Below are positions 9,441 to 22,363 of a stretch of 40,984 nucleotides of DNA, piece after piece. The translations under genes were made by a program, and so were the position numbers. Within the stretch, counting starts at the first letter, position 1. Each line of letters begins with the position of its first letter. A model generated the notes under the pieces. That model made no database searches and was not told where the DNA came from. It saw only the letters and a program-made list of their open reading frames with translations. Origin of the DNA: Octopus bimaculoides (Eukaryota); assembly GCF_001194135.2 (NCBI RefSeq), contig NC_068998.1, forward strand, positions 23,190,457-23,231,440, in the 5' to 3' direction.

Positions 9441-11564
9441 CTCTCGCGGTAACTCAATATTTCTACCAATCAAGCTACTTATTCGTAATTCTCTCCAACA
9501 TTTTGTTTCCCGCTGTAACATGCACATACACCTGTATACAATGACATCTAATTTTCTCACTTAATAGGAATTTTTTCAATGTATAATGAAGTGTAAAATA
9601 CTGAATTATCCAATTAAAGATATCTAATATAGAAATAGCTTGAATTAAATTGCGATGCTCTGTTAGATTTAACATTCAAGGTGAATCTGAAGTGATTATG
9701 TTTCCGGTGAAAACTATTATGTTAAAAGACAATGATTGCTGTTGGTTGTTTCTTTAAAATGTGTACTGTTGGCTTCGTGTTTCTCACTGAAATAACGATT
9801 TCAATAATTTGTATATTGCTTATTTTATATATGCATTTTAATTCTCTATATGCCAAGTTAATTAGCACTGGATCGATCAGTGACTGGTTACGTTTTAGTT
9901 ACACAATAGGGAGATATTATCTGCATTGGTAATTAATCTATAATATACACCTCAAAATTATGTATAATGCTGTTTCTAAGCATCAATTGTTTTGTTAGTA
10001 ATAGATGATAACAGTTTACTTAAATTGCTGATGAAGCCTTCTAACTTTTCAAATGAAATCTGAATGGTTATATCCTTCACGATCATCATCAAAATTGTAA
10101 AGTAGTAATCAATTCAATCCAACGACATCATCTCTGTATTAATTTTAGGTTTTCTAACTTTCATTTAAAACTGAATGGAAATTATACTACGTTTCTAATG
10201 TATTAGAACATATCGCAAAACAATGTTTTGTGATATAATTATAATTCCATTACAAGTGACATGTATAAATACACATAGTGTCATAAGTGAACATGTGTTA
10301 CAAATTATACAGCGTTGTGAATAATATTCCCTCATGAAGCTAAGAGGGAATATCATCGCGAAATGCAACGAACAGACTTCATGATTCACAATTGCTAGAT
10401 TGGTTTGCCAAATGATTAGACAAACAATGAATTAGGTCGTTAAATAGTTGAGAAATAGAGGAATAATAAAAAGAGATTTGAACCTGAGCTTGAGATTACT
10501 TTTGGCCTAATGCCTTCGCGATATGCAACCAGATTTTTTTCCAACACACAAATTCTCACAGAGAATGTTGAAACCAATAAACAAAAGAACGAATACATAT
10601 TTTGCAGTAAATCTTGCATTAGAAAGGTGCAATTCTAGCCCTATGTTTTTGCCAAGAACCAATAAATATAAGAATAATTTTTAATCGTCGGAAGAGAATT
10701 TTCTCTTTTCCATGTGATTGTTATGGAATATTAAGATTCGGTATATGTTCAATGTGAATTAATTGTGTTTTCTTACCCATACCACGAATTTGTCATTGAA
10801 GGACATCACTCGAAGGAGTTTCATATATAATTATAATCTCCCAGCTATAAAAGAATGCTTATAAAAAGCCTGGTAAAGTAAGAGAAAAAACTATAAAATA
10901 TACAATTCTGGTTAAACTACCTCAAAGCTGTCTCAACCATCATTGAATAGAAACTTGAATTTGGTTGTGCAAAGCTGACAGATGTGATCAACACCAATGA
11001 ATTGAAAATCTTCTTAGACGTCAATTTATTTCACGATCTTTCAGTGAAAATACACATATTACGACATAAATAACTAATAAGAATATCTGACAGTCGTATA
11101 GACATTATATAAATGATAAAAATATAATTAGCTAAAATTCGAACACAAGCATGACGAAAGTGAATGAATATTAATAAACTTTAGCGTTGATTAGCAAGCA
11201 AAAGTATCATAATATATAGCGCATATTTTCTGCAATGCTTGATAGGAAATATGTACATAACATAAGTATAAAACAATATATGCAAATATGCGTAGGTGGC
11301 TATCCGCAATTTCAAAACCAAAAGGAACACGTACAAACGTTACTGAAGTGACTAGGTGTGCGAATCAGCTACAGTATTGCTCGATATAAGAGTAAAAGCA
11401 ACTTTTAAGCACGGGTTAGCACTTGTTTATTGACTGACAAGGGAAACCAACATACTTACAGCAAGCGATGAGCGTCAAATCATCGATGATTTCAGATTGA
11501 GTTAATCCGAATCTTTTCCTTTTGATGGGCAACTCGATTAATTAATTTTGAAACTTTGGATACT

Positions 11565-12226
11565 AGTAGAATGTGTCATATAGAACATCTTTTACTCCTA
11601 GCGGTGTTGAGAAAAGTTTCTATTTTCGATGTAATTTTGTGTTAAAGTTGTCGTATTTCGGTTATTTCAACCAATCAATGACGTGTATTCAGCTGAATAA
11701 AATTACTGATTTTGGTTGTCAACAACAACTTTCGGCAGTGTATATTCCGTTTGTCACTGTTATTCATGGCATACGTAATCTCAGTTACGTTCCTATGAAT
11801 AAACGAATGTATCTGAAGCACGTTTACTTCATGACACCACCATAATCATTCGTGCATTTCTACTGTTTTTAGAGATTTTTTCCTGTTTTCCTAAAATCTT
11901 TTGCCCCCCCCCCTACCCCTCCTCTTCCAATCTCTTCATTTTTCACTTTTTTCCGTAACCCTAACCCTAAAACCTCAACCCTAAACCTAACCCTAAAACG
12001 CTAACCCTGACGCTAACCCTGAAACCCTAGCTCTAACACTAAAACGCTAACCCTGAGTAGAAAAATTGTAATTTTTTAAAGCTAAAACCAGTACAAACGC
12101 ACTAATGATGTCTTAAATAACAGTGACACACGAAATATACACCGCCGATAGTTATTGTTGACAAACAACAGCAGTAACTTTATTCAGCTGAATACACGTC
12201 ATTGATTGGTTGAAATTACTGAAATA
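11565..12226. mobile_element. Fold-back/MITE-like element with long nested inverted repeats
   Basis: 11654-11772 is an inverted match to 12108-12226 (shared ATTTCAACCAATCAATGACGTGTATTCAGCTGAATAAA). An inner IR pairs 11845-11870 with 12084-12109. The left boundary is approximate. Confidence 0.8.
11956..12056. repeat. Degenerate telomere-like (CCCTAA)n array
   Basis: TAACCCTAACCCTAAAACCTCAACCCTAAACCTAACCCTAAAACGCTAACCCTG... Confidence 0.85.
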
Positions 12227-12599
12227 AGTCTTTGAGATCAACCATCGTCTTCCAGGGACGTTCTTCCACTTTTGAAGCGCTCGTGCCACTCGAAACATTG
12301 CATGCAACACTGCTTTTTCGCAGTAAGCTTGCTGAAGCATGCTCAATAACTCTAGCACACGTCACAAGTATAACACAAAATTTCACGTTGGCTCTTTGTC
12401 AATGTGAATGACAAAATCGGAGACTACGGCATACACATGGTCACAAAAACACAAATTTCACTTTTGTAGCACATCCAGCAATGTCACTCGGCACACTGCT
12501 TCATGAAGATCATTCCTAGCTCTCACTGCACACGCAACCCTGTATTGGCATTCGTTAGCGCGCTACCTGAGTCCGGGAACTTTGTCATGCCACCTCGTA
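12227..12599 (-). mobile_element. Mariner 5' fragment (TIR + N-terminal HTH remnant)
   Basis: TIR TACGAGGTGGCATGACAAAGTTCCCGGACT (12570-12599, minus). Translation LLSMLQQAYCEKAVLH / QCFEWHERFKSGRTSLEDD matches the mariner N-terminus. Confidence 0.85.
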
Positions 12600-13899
12600 T
12601 TCTATGCATCACCTTCATCATTCACATTTCGTTCATCTACGATTTCCTTCCGTAAATAATCTTTTGTGTGCCATCCGATACATTTAATATTACATCTCTG
12701 ATGTGAGGAAATTGTCAGCTATATTTCCGCCCATGTGACAGATGTAAATACCATATTCTATGACTTTTATGTATGATATTTTTTATTCATGCCTCATACT
12801 GTTATTTAACATGACCTATCTATGATCTTCCAGTGGCTTAGTAATACAGTTACATGTTACATCTATCTGCTGCAAAATACAACTAAGCCCTGTTTAGGTC
12901 TATTTTTGTTGCTGAGTCATTTTTTTAGCAACAGAGTGATTATTATCTGCGTATATTGTTATTTGCTTACAAAAGTTATTTTAAATTTATAAAGGTTTAT
13001 TTGTATATTTATTTAATTCATGGAAAATTTATATATTTCATTTTCATCACTTTTTATAACTGCACTCATACTCCCTCTTTTTGTCCCGCTCACTTTGTTT
13101 TTCTCTCAACACTTACGAACGTAGTAAATATTTCACGAGAAAATATCAGAACAAATATGCTTAAGCTATTTTGCATTTCAGAGATACTTTTCTTCATAAA
13201 TATGCACCTACACGCCTACAATTGATCATGTTTAACATCCTGAAGGTTACATGAACTCTTGTCTGTCATATATTTGTTTCAACTACGCTGGAATATTGTT
13301 ATATTGTTAAATATATACAAAGACAAAAGAGATTGTGTCAAATGTAATATTATTTAGCTTTCGGATGCATGAAGAAAGAGACTTAGTGAATTATATATAC
13401 GGTCGGTCGGTAAGCTTGCAGAAAATTATGAACATCTGTTGTTTGCTATGATTTTATTCAGGATTCTATAGATAGTGTGAAGCAATTCGCTGATTTCTTT
13501 TCAACTTCAGGTACTAATGACATAAATCTCTAGTCGTTACAATGATATTATGGTCATTTCTGAAGATTTGCTAAATGTTTATACTTTAAGCAGCACGGTA
13601 TATCGTAGTGTTAATTATTTGGCAAAGATTGTAGCTAACTTTTGCCTTATTCTTATTAATCTGAACAACAAATACTTAATTAAAAAAGATTAGTCGGTGT
13701 ATTAGACTATACAATCATGCTAAAAGAGAAGATAAGATTAAAAATATTTTCTAAGTTCTTTTAATTTGTGTTGCGGCCTTCCAAATGTCTAGGGTTTTCT
13801 TCAAGAAAATAAGTTGAGAAACTGTATTGAATACACATATACATAGAAGCATACTCTCTGCTGCAAGCATATATGATCATGCTCATCACCCCACCTGTC

Positions 13900-14031
13900 T
13901 CCATACATGTCTGTGTGCGCGCACGTCCATTTATATGTGTGTCCATACGCAAACATTCATACAGATACACAAACACACAGGCATTTATATATAAATATAT
14001 ATACGTGTCTATAAATATACATGAATGTGTG

Positions 14032-14101
<70 letters not shown>

Positions 14102-14149
14102 TATGAATATATGTATGTGAGTATATAAGTACATATATACATATATATG

Positions 14150-14190
<41 letters not shown>

Positions 14191-14257
14191 GTGTGTGTGT
14201 ATACATATATATAAACATATATATCTATAAACATATATATCTATAAATATATATATT

Positions 14258-14293
<36 letters not shown>
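13900..14293. repeat. Compound (TG)n/(TA)n microsatellite field
   Basis: Direct reading. Confidence 0.95.
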
Positions 14294-15076
14294 AAATCAT
14301 GCTAGAACTTTATCTTTCTACCCCAGGGAATAATAGTTACAAACATTGCAGTGAACATAAATAAATACAATATTCCCTGTAATTTATTAATTTTAAACTT
14401 TTGTCTTTATTATAAAGTTATTATGCAGCTGAATCTTATCTATGTTTGCACGTTCAAAAATATCAGTTTTCAAATTTTCGTATTAATAATGTATAATTTT
14501 AACTATTATATGTAACTAACATTAGCCATGCAGCATTTATTCAAATGATAACACAAACATTAATACGTAACTCTGTTCCCTAGAAATGTAATAATTGCTG
14601 CATAACTCTCTTTCCCCTTACTATCCTATTCTTCCGTCGATCGTTGATTCTATTTCAAATATGTATTATTCATTTATATGTAGACCACACATATCTATGT
14701 ATGCAACTTTTTCTTTTTCAAATGCTGAAATAACCCCTATAAATGAAGATACATCTGTAGGATTTAATTATATCTACAATAAGATATCACATGCTGATGT
14801 TTTGATATGTATTATAAAACGTATTTAGTCTCTCTCGTATTCCGATTAAGCCGTATTTAGTCTAAATGATTTCCTTACTTTTCTTCAAATTCCTCGAAAT
14901 TTAGACGACAAACACGTCTTTTAGCCTAAAATTCAAGAATACGATAAAAAATTAGAAATCGCATCTTGACTGAAAATATTTAAGGTAATGACAAAAGTAA
15001 CGTTAAGTATTTTTATCGTTGGTTTATTGCATAACATTCGGTTAAGGATTATAACTTCTTTTGCTTGAACAAAGAG

Positions 15077-15127
15077 TGTTATATGTTATAATATGTTATA
15101 TGTTATAACATGTTATATGTTATAATA
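15077..15127. repeat. Minisatellite, 3 x 17 bp (TGTTATATGTTATAA[T/C]A)
   Basis: Direct reading. Confidence 0.92.
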
Positions 15128-15141
15128 GTTCTGTAACATAA

Positions 15142-15339
15142 GGCAGAGAGCTGGCAGAGTAGTTACTGCGCCGGAAAAAATGCTTAGCTTCCGATTTTAT
15201 ACTGAGTTCAAGATTGGCCGAGATGGCATTTGTGTTTCAACTTCTCGGAGACGAAAAAATAAGTATCAGTCAAAGATTGGGTTTGACTTGTTCGCTACCC
15301 CAAACTTCCAGGCCTTGTGCCTATAGCAGAAAGTAATAT
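15142..15339 (+). mobile_element. Diverged tRNA-derived SINE with a perfect 13-bp TSD
   Basis: GGCAGAGAGCTGGCAGAG head, B box GAGTTCAAGATT, tail CCCCAAACTTCCAGGCCTTGTGCCTATAGCAGAAAG. TTCTGTAACATAA at 15129-15141 and 15340-15352. Confidence 0.82.
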
Positions 15340-16283
15340 TTCTGTAACATAATATTCCTGTTACGTTATATATACATAAATTATATAACTATATCCTCGA
15401 TTTCAGACTTCTCCGATGATTCACCGACCAACTCATATTTCAGCCTAATTTAATTAACATATTCAAGCAGCTATCCAAGTAAATTGTATTTTCAGTATAT
15501 GTAAAATGTGTTTTATAAACAGTGCTAAGCAAAAGAGCAACATCACTAGATATAGTCGGAAACTCTGCATAGCTGTTTCACTTTTCCTATAATGAAAGGA
15601 AAGCTTTTTCCCGAATTTACGTAAAACCATCAAACGGAAATGCACTTTCGAAATAGACAATATTATTTTTGATATTCATAATAATTCAGAACACTCTCAT
15701 CCGGATTATTTTTATATTATAATTCTGTAGCATCAGCGCCGACCTCATCCAGAGATACGTATTGCTTTACGGGGTTGCCTCAGCACTTCTTGCGAAATCA
15801 AAAGTGCTACAGGTTACTTAGGCGGTAGATTTAATCCATCACCTAGTATAACTAAACTACCTGATATGACGGTGTAATTAACGGAATCTACGCAAGTGCA
15901 ATCATTCGGGCGAAGTCTTCGGTTTTACGACGTCGTTCATGTAGAATAACACGAGGGGGGTGACTTCTCTCTTGGTTAAGCTGTAACGAAAACAACTATT
16001 TAATCCGTAATTGATTCAGTGTATTATTATAATGCCCTTTTCAATTTTGTATGAGAGAAATGCTTGGTAGCAGATTAGAGATATCAGGCACTTGGCAACA
16101 TTTGAGAGTATCAACATTTGGGCGCAATGAAATATTATTTAATTTCTGTTAGAGAAAGCGTTTGGCTACATAATACCACCAATTATTTCATTTGCTAGGA
16201 AAACTGAGAAAAATTGTGAGAACTAATATTCTTAATTCTCATTGCTGATTGTATATATACATCTGTCTTATTCGAACTAGTGC

Positions 16284-16289
16284 AATACA

Positions 16290-16350
<61 letters not shown>

Positions 16351-16390
16351 CCACACATACCCACACACATACACAAACACACATATCATG
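16284..16390. repeat. (CA)n microsatellite
   Basis: Direct reading. Confidence 0.96.
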
Positions 16391-17930
16391 TTAAGATATA
16401 AAATAGTAATTGCCGAATATTCTCATGAACCGTGTATCCAACGATTTCGATATTCTAGTTTTTATAATCCTAAAATTTAACATCAATTTACGTTACACTG
16501 TCTCAAATCTCTACAACTTATATAGTGCTCTAACACATTGAGAAACATTGACGGTATGTTTAACGTTCGATAAATTTGATCAGCACACATTTGAGGTTTG
16601 TGTAGGTAAAATATACTTAAATACCGTATATGTGCTTGTCTCCCCGTAAATTAGTATTATATGCCTTCATATTTTATATTGCTTAAGTAGAAAGTAAAGA
16701 ATGATTTTAGCCACTCCTAGATTTGTGATCGAATCTTTCCATGGATTGTGTTGAAAGAGATATCGAAAATATTTAACTCGGCATAATATGATTACAAGAA
16801 ATCTTCAGTTTCTCACCTTTCAGGAAAAATGGAAAATCTTCATTATTGAAAAAGTCGTAGCCGCGGTTCATGTGAGAAAAATTTCAATATTGTTTGTGAG
16901 TTTGAAGTGTAGTGTTTTTACTGAACTCATTTCATAGCAATCAAGATGGAATTTACAAGATATCCGTTTTGCGTATGTACCATAATATTAACTTTGAAGG
17001 TTTAACATGTTTACTTGTTCTTATTGATTGGTTTACACTGTTAATCAAAACAATAATTCAAGTAAGTTTATTTTCAATTTAGAAGGCTTAAGAATGTTTC
17101 TACAATACCGATATTTGAAATTGATTTTACGTAAATAATTATATCGATTTGAAAGGAGATGGTTGTTTTACTCTGTTGTATTCTTTGAAGTATTTATTTA
17201 CTAATTACTTTTTTTTATGTTGGAGCTCTTTTAACTCAAAGAACTCTTTAAAGACAAGACGAAATTGGTGCAAAAAAAACTATGTCTGCGCTAAACTTCA
17301 AAAGGAATACCATAGGTGACAAGCTGAAATAAATGTGTATGTTAATTGATATGAATTATAAAATCTTAAAACAAAATTAGTATAAATGAATTATCTTTTG
17401 CCATGAAATTTGTGGAAGCTATTTTCTTATCTTTAAAATTTAGTTATGATGTTGTTATACAACATATTTCTTTATTTCTTAAATATACAACTTTATTCAA
17501 ATTATTGTTCAGAGACAACAGATTATGGAAATAACAGTTTTGTATTTAGTCTCATCCAATTGCTTTCGCGGTGAAAAAAGATAATACACTTTTCTATTTC
17601 TAGAACCACTGTATTAGTGTTCGATAAAATAATCTTATTTGTATATTTAGGAAATTTACGCTAAATCTGAAATCTGGAGAAATGTATACGTCAAATGAAT
17701 GTTTTCGCTAAGATATCTTTAACAGAAGTCTGATTTTGATTTGTGTGCAATTCAAAAAAAAAAAAACAGTTATATCAGAGAAGAGTTTGATGCACTTTTT
17801 AACACGTTTAAAGAATATATATTCTTTAAAGTTAAAGAATGCACATTCCCGTTGCTTAGGGTTAGTGTTACAATGAAAACAGGTGGTGTGCGTATTCTTT
17901 TCCTCCGCTATATACGTTTGCATGAAAGAT

Positions 17931-17933
<3 letters not shown>

Positions 17934-17995
<62 letters not shown>
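17934..17995. repeat. Compound (TG)n-(AG)n microsatellite
   Basis: Direct reading. Confidence 0.96.
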
Positions 17996-17999
<4 letters not shown>

Positions 18000-18895
18000 A
18001 ATTGAGTGCCACTTATACATGCTAAAAATTTCATACATCACAACACCCACCTTCACTCACTGACTCTCTCTTTCTCTCTCTCTCACACATGTCCATTTCA
18101 TATATACGTACATCCTACACTTTCTCCACTCACTTCAAAGCAAATGTCGCCTTTTCACTTTATCCTCTCTTTCAATGTATGCTCTCTTCAAAGCATACAG
18201 CAATCAAAACAATTTTATGGAAATTAACGAACAATCATATGATTCCATATGTAGAGTTGACAACTTTCCTTCTTCGAACGAAAGATAGCCATAAAATATT
18301 TCCTTCCACCTTTACACACACTATAGGTAAAACTTCTGTGCGAATTATGTTATTTCTTGCAATGTGCATGAGCAAATTTACAGCTAAAATCCGATGGAAA
18401 TTATCTTTTTTCTGTGTAGTTTGTGTTTATGATCAGCATATTTAAAAAGCTGATATTCTATATAAACCTAAAATGAAGTTTTCCCAGAATTCCGTTCGTT
18501 TATTTTTTCTTTATAGCATGTCTATATATATATAGAAGGTATGAAAATACGTATTCGCCTTTATATATTTAATTCTTGATATTGAACACACAATATTTCA
18601 TATATTCAATAAGACATTCAATACTTTATTTTATTGTACCATCCATTTTTTATTATATATATATTCCATAGTCTATATCCCACATTAATTTTACAAGAAT
18701 ATAAATAAAACATAAAAAACAGAGTTGGAACTCTTTTAAATAAAATAATATATTCCACTATACACGATCATACAAAACCCTTTTTTTGTATTTATTTTTA
18801 CTCACACACACACACACACACACACACNNNNNNNNNNNNNNNNNNNNNNNNNNNNNNNNNNNNNNNNNNNNNNNNNNNNNNNNNNNNNNNNNNNN

Positions 18896-18932
<37 letters not shown>

Positions 18933-18934
<2 letters not shown>

Positions 18935-19253
18935 CCGAGATTCGTAGTCTGTATTTTTCTACGTAGATAACAAAAGGGATGGGGTATTTGAATATTGAAA
19001 ACGGGATTTCTGGATAAAATCGTACTAACCCTCTTTTATACGATGGAACAATGCATAATTTCTGATCCTTATTAAAAACAGTAAACACTTTCAAGTAAAT
19101 TGTACCCTCGCCCTTCACTATTAAACAAACAATAATTTCCATTATTTCACTAAGTATATATACGCTATCTCGATTCTGCCTATAAGAAGGGTGCTTTTAG
19201 TACAAAATGCCTGTGGGTCATAACATTCGGGCAACGGCGGGATGCATTGCTAG
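18933..19253 (+). mobile_element. Possible non-autonomous Helitron-like element; only the 3' end is recognisable
   Basis: CGGGCAACGGCGGGATGCATTGCTAG (19228-19253) resembles the GC-rich subterminal motif + CTAG end of animal Helitrons. The hairpin is imperfect and the next base is A rather than T. Confidence 0.33.
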
Positions 19254-22239
19254 AGTAAGAATATATCTAAAATTCAGACAAAAAAGTGGGTACTATATTG
19301 GTAGACGAGGTAAAATATATAGTATACGTCCGGGCCTTTTCCACCTCCAATTTTTAAAACCACCAGCATGGTTTATTGTCTTAATTGTTTTTCTACTCGA
19401 TGAACAATTTATCGATCTATTACAAGGTTTGTTTTCCTTTCTCACTCTTTTGCACCTGAGAACAAGGCTTCTGTATATAAATTCTAATAAATCCGTAGGT
19501 ATTACCTAGTTCTCTAGAGCTCGACACTTTGAAATAATCTCAGACAACAGATAGAAGCTAATATCTGATGAATGGCATCTAAAAGTTCGAACGATATCAC
19601 TCGGCTTTCAGTTACAAGGAATATAAGACGTTTAGGCAATTTCTGGCCGAATAGAAAAGAAGGGCGCAGTCAAGGGAAGAATCGAAGTGGGGGTATGAGC
19701 AGCAAAATATATTGACATCTGATACTTCAGAAAAAAAGAATAATATAAGCATTAATTTTTCACTCACTAAATATGAATGAAATATTAGTTTGCGTTACTA
19801 ATACATGAAGAACATGCTAAAAGTCCTGAAAATGTAGTTTGCGGGTGCATGGCAGTATCTCTAAAATGTGAACCTTTGGAATTGCATTTCTTTCTCTAAA
19901 CATTCAAACGGTGGCAACATCAACGATTATTGAATGAAAGTGCTACTTTCTAGTGAATTCAGTGAATTTTATGTTTATCAAACGTCTAGCGCGATGAGAT
20001 GGCAATTCGGAAAATATGTGTTCGAGTTTCCTTGGATAATTCTATCTATCCTTCATTACCCACCGGCAACTAGTTATTTTAAACAGACAATAGCTACTTC
20101 TCAACGGAAGCCAAGACAGAGCACACCAGCTTTTAACGTGATCTCTTCTCTAAATTTGCATTTCGGAATATCCATATTGATTTTGGCATTAAGTCAATTT
20201 AGATTGAATTGACAATAACAACATTGTTTTCATCAGAACTGGCTTAAGCTTACTTGTTAACGTGATTAAATTAAAATTGAAAAGTAATCTATTAGAATTT
20301 CTTCTGAGTTTCTTTTATTTCATTTCTAAGGTATTTTATGAACAAGATTAGATATATTTGTCAAGGGGTTTTGACATAAATTGGCACCACTGCTACTTAA
20401 TAAACAAAGTTTGTTTCTATAATTTATCTATATTTGAATTTTTGTACATGTTCAACAAACAGCTTAGAGTTTAAATTTAAAGTATACTAAAAAAATTAAA
20501 TCTTAGATTAAATAACTTAAATCAATTTCGCGACAGTTTTTTTTCACCTTTATTTAAATTAAAATATTCTATTTGTTTATATGTGTCTTTCTGCATGCTT
20601 TTATTTATTGACAGAATATATTTAATTCGTGTAATATTTATTTATGTACTTTCTCAAATGAAAATTTCAGATGGCAATAATACTTTAAAATGCATAGGTT
20701 CCCTCAAACTTGTATCTTCTATGTTTGGAAATACGATACCCCCGTAAATATTAATCACTGTGGCTTAGAAACTAGAATTGTAGTATGCATCAATGACACT
20801 GAGAATGAATACTTAATGGATGGTATAATGTAGATATTAGTGATGCACCAAGTGATGTATGGTACTTGAATGATTTTGGAGTGCTGCTGAAACAATACCT
20901 TTGGTTACAGAGAAAATGCAGAGGAATACCTGCATTATCATGTCACTGTTAATAATGTGAATCTTGACAATTTTCCTTTCTGTGATTATGGTGATTATGA
21001 GGGGACAAAGAGAGGCAACAACTCTACGATTGAAATAATCCAATATCTGAATCATTATATATAGCCAATTATGACATCATTAGATAAGACTCATAGAAAC
21101 CTGTGCTTCTACGATAGTCTGCTGATAAAGTACCTACGACCCAATTCCTTCTAATAACTTGCACATGTCTTCCGTAAGGAAATTGGTTTAATCTGTGTAT
21201 TCACAGCTCATTTTAGCACACACATAAACTTGCAGCGCTAGTCGTAGCGTCGTGAAATCTTGTTAATCCCTGAGAATATTGGCAAGTTTAAACTTCACTA
21301 AAGACATTTATGACTCAAGTGATCGTAGAGAATTGGTTTCATGTAACTGCTGTAAGAAGAAGCAAAAATAGCTGAATACCGCTGTTGTTGTTAGCAGCAA
21401 TAAGGTAAATATTACAATTACACGGTTTCCTACATCATTTACAGTCATTAACAGAACGTGGTTAATATGTTTAAATTAAGATAATAATTGTCAATAACTT
21501 CATATTATCATGTGAAGTCGATTAATACGTGTGTAATTTTCTTTTATGTTGCAGCATATGAAGTGCTACATATATCTGCGCAGGTTTAATCATATTCTTC
21601 CAAAATCTATAAAAAATCGATTATATATTAGTGCCTCTAACTTCAAGAAACATAACAAATAATCTCCTAGAAAATACACTTTTTCGTCACGGATTATGGA
21701 AACAAGATACAACAAATGTTCCTATCTGTTATGCTTCTAACACGTTTGATCACACGTCTACTGCATACTGCATATCATTAAATTTAATACCAGTTTGGCT
21801 GATAATAAACTTACTAATACCGGCAAATGTCTAACAACTAACAGCATATGAAATAGGACAAACTTTCTAAATAGACGCTGAACTACATTATACAAAATGA
21901 AATATATATAATGTTGTTCTATATACAAATGTTCTGGAAAACAATAAAGTTTAGGGACGACCAAAGACCGAATGCGTCTAGTCATAGGAATCTCACCAAT
22001 GTTTACTTGGGAAAGTGTACAACAAGAAATTACCATATCAGAAGATGTTCCTCTCTCTCTCCTTCTCCATTTCTCTTTTATTTTGACACACACGCACACA
22101 TTCAATTCATAGGGTTAAGAATGGCAAGTCAAAAAAATATATACATATACATAAAAAAAAGAAGGCATACGTTTATATATATATGTAGGTATATATACAT
22201 ATATACATATAGGTATATGTATATATACGTACATATATG

Positions 22240-22363
22240 TACGAGGTATGTATGAAAAGTCTTGAGCCTCAAAAAAAAAACATGGTACAGGACTTCTAGG
22301 GAAGCTACAAGACTTCAACTCTCAAACGCCTTGAAGGCTCAAAACTTTCATAACCCCATCGTA
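22240..22363. mobile_element. 124-bp mariner-type MITE
   Basis: Left TACGAGGTATGTATGAAAAGTCTTGAGCCTCAA; right end reverse-complemented TACGATGGGGTTATGAAAGTTTTGAGCCTTCAA. TA at both ends. Confidence 0.8.

Noticed and set aside
10020-10065. CTGATGA...GAAA hammerhead candidate
   Set aside because: No stem I or stem II pairing. The same applies to CTGATGA at ~19565, ~29130 and ~40187; those at ~23448 and ~25017 are transposase codons.
14595-14828. INEDTSVG..HAD resembling a cadherin ExxxVG..DAD motif
   Set aside because: No DxNDNxP or other cadherin motifs, and no credible exon boundaries.
14820-14863. 12-bp direct repeat CGTATTTAGTCT around 20 bp
   Set aside because: It could be a footprint or slippage product but is too small to interpret.
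16941-16978. AAGATGG Kozak-like start, MEFTRYPFC, then GTATGT donor
   Set aside because: A nine-codon candidate first exon with no linked downstream exon is compatible with chance.
18089-20212. ORFs of 118 aa (18089), 100 aa (19207) and 92 aa (19934)
   Set aside because: No recognisable domain, and they partly overlap low-complexity or repeat sequence.
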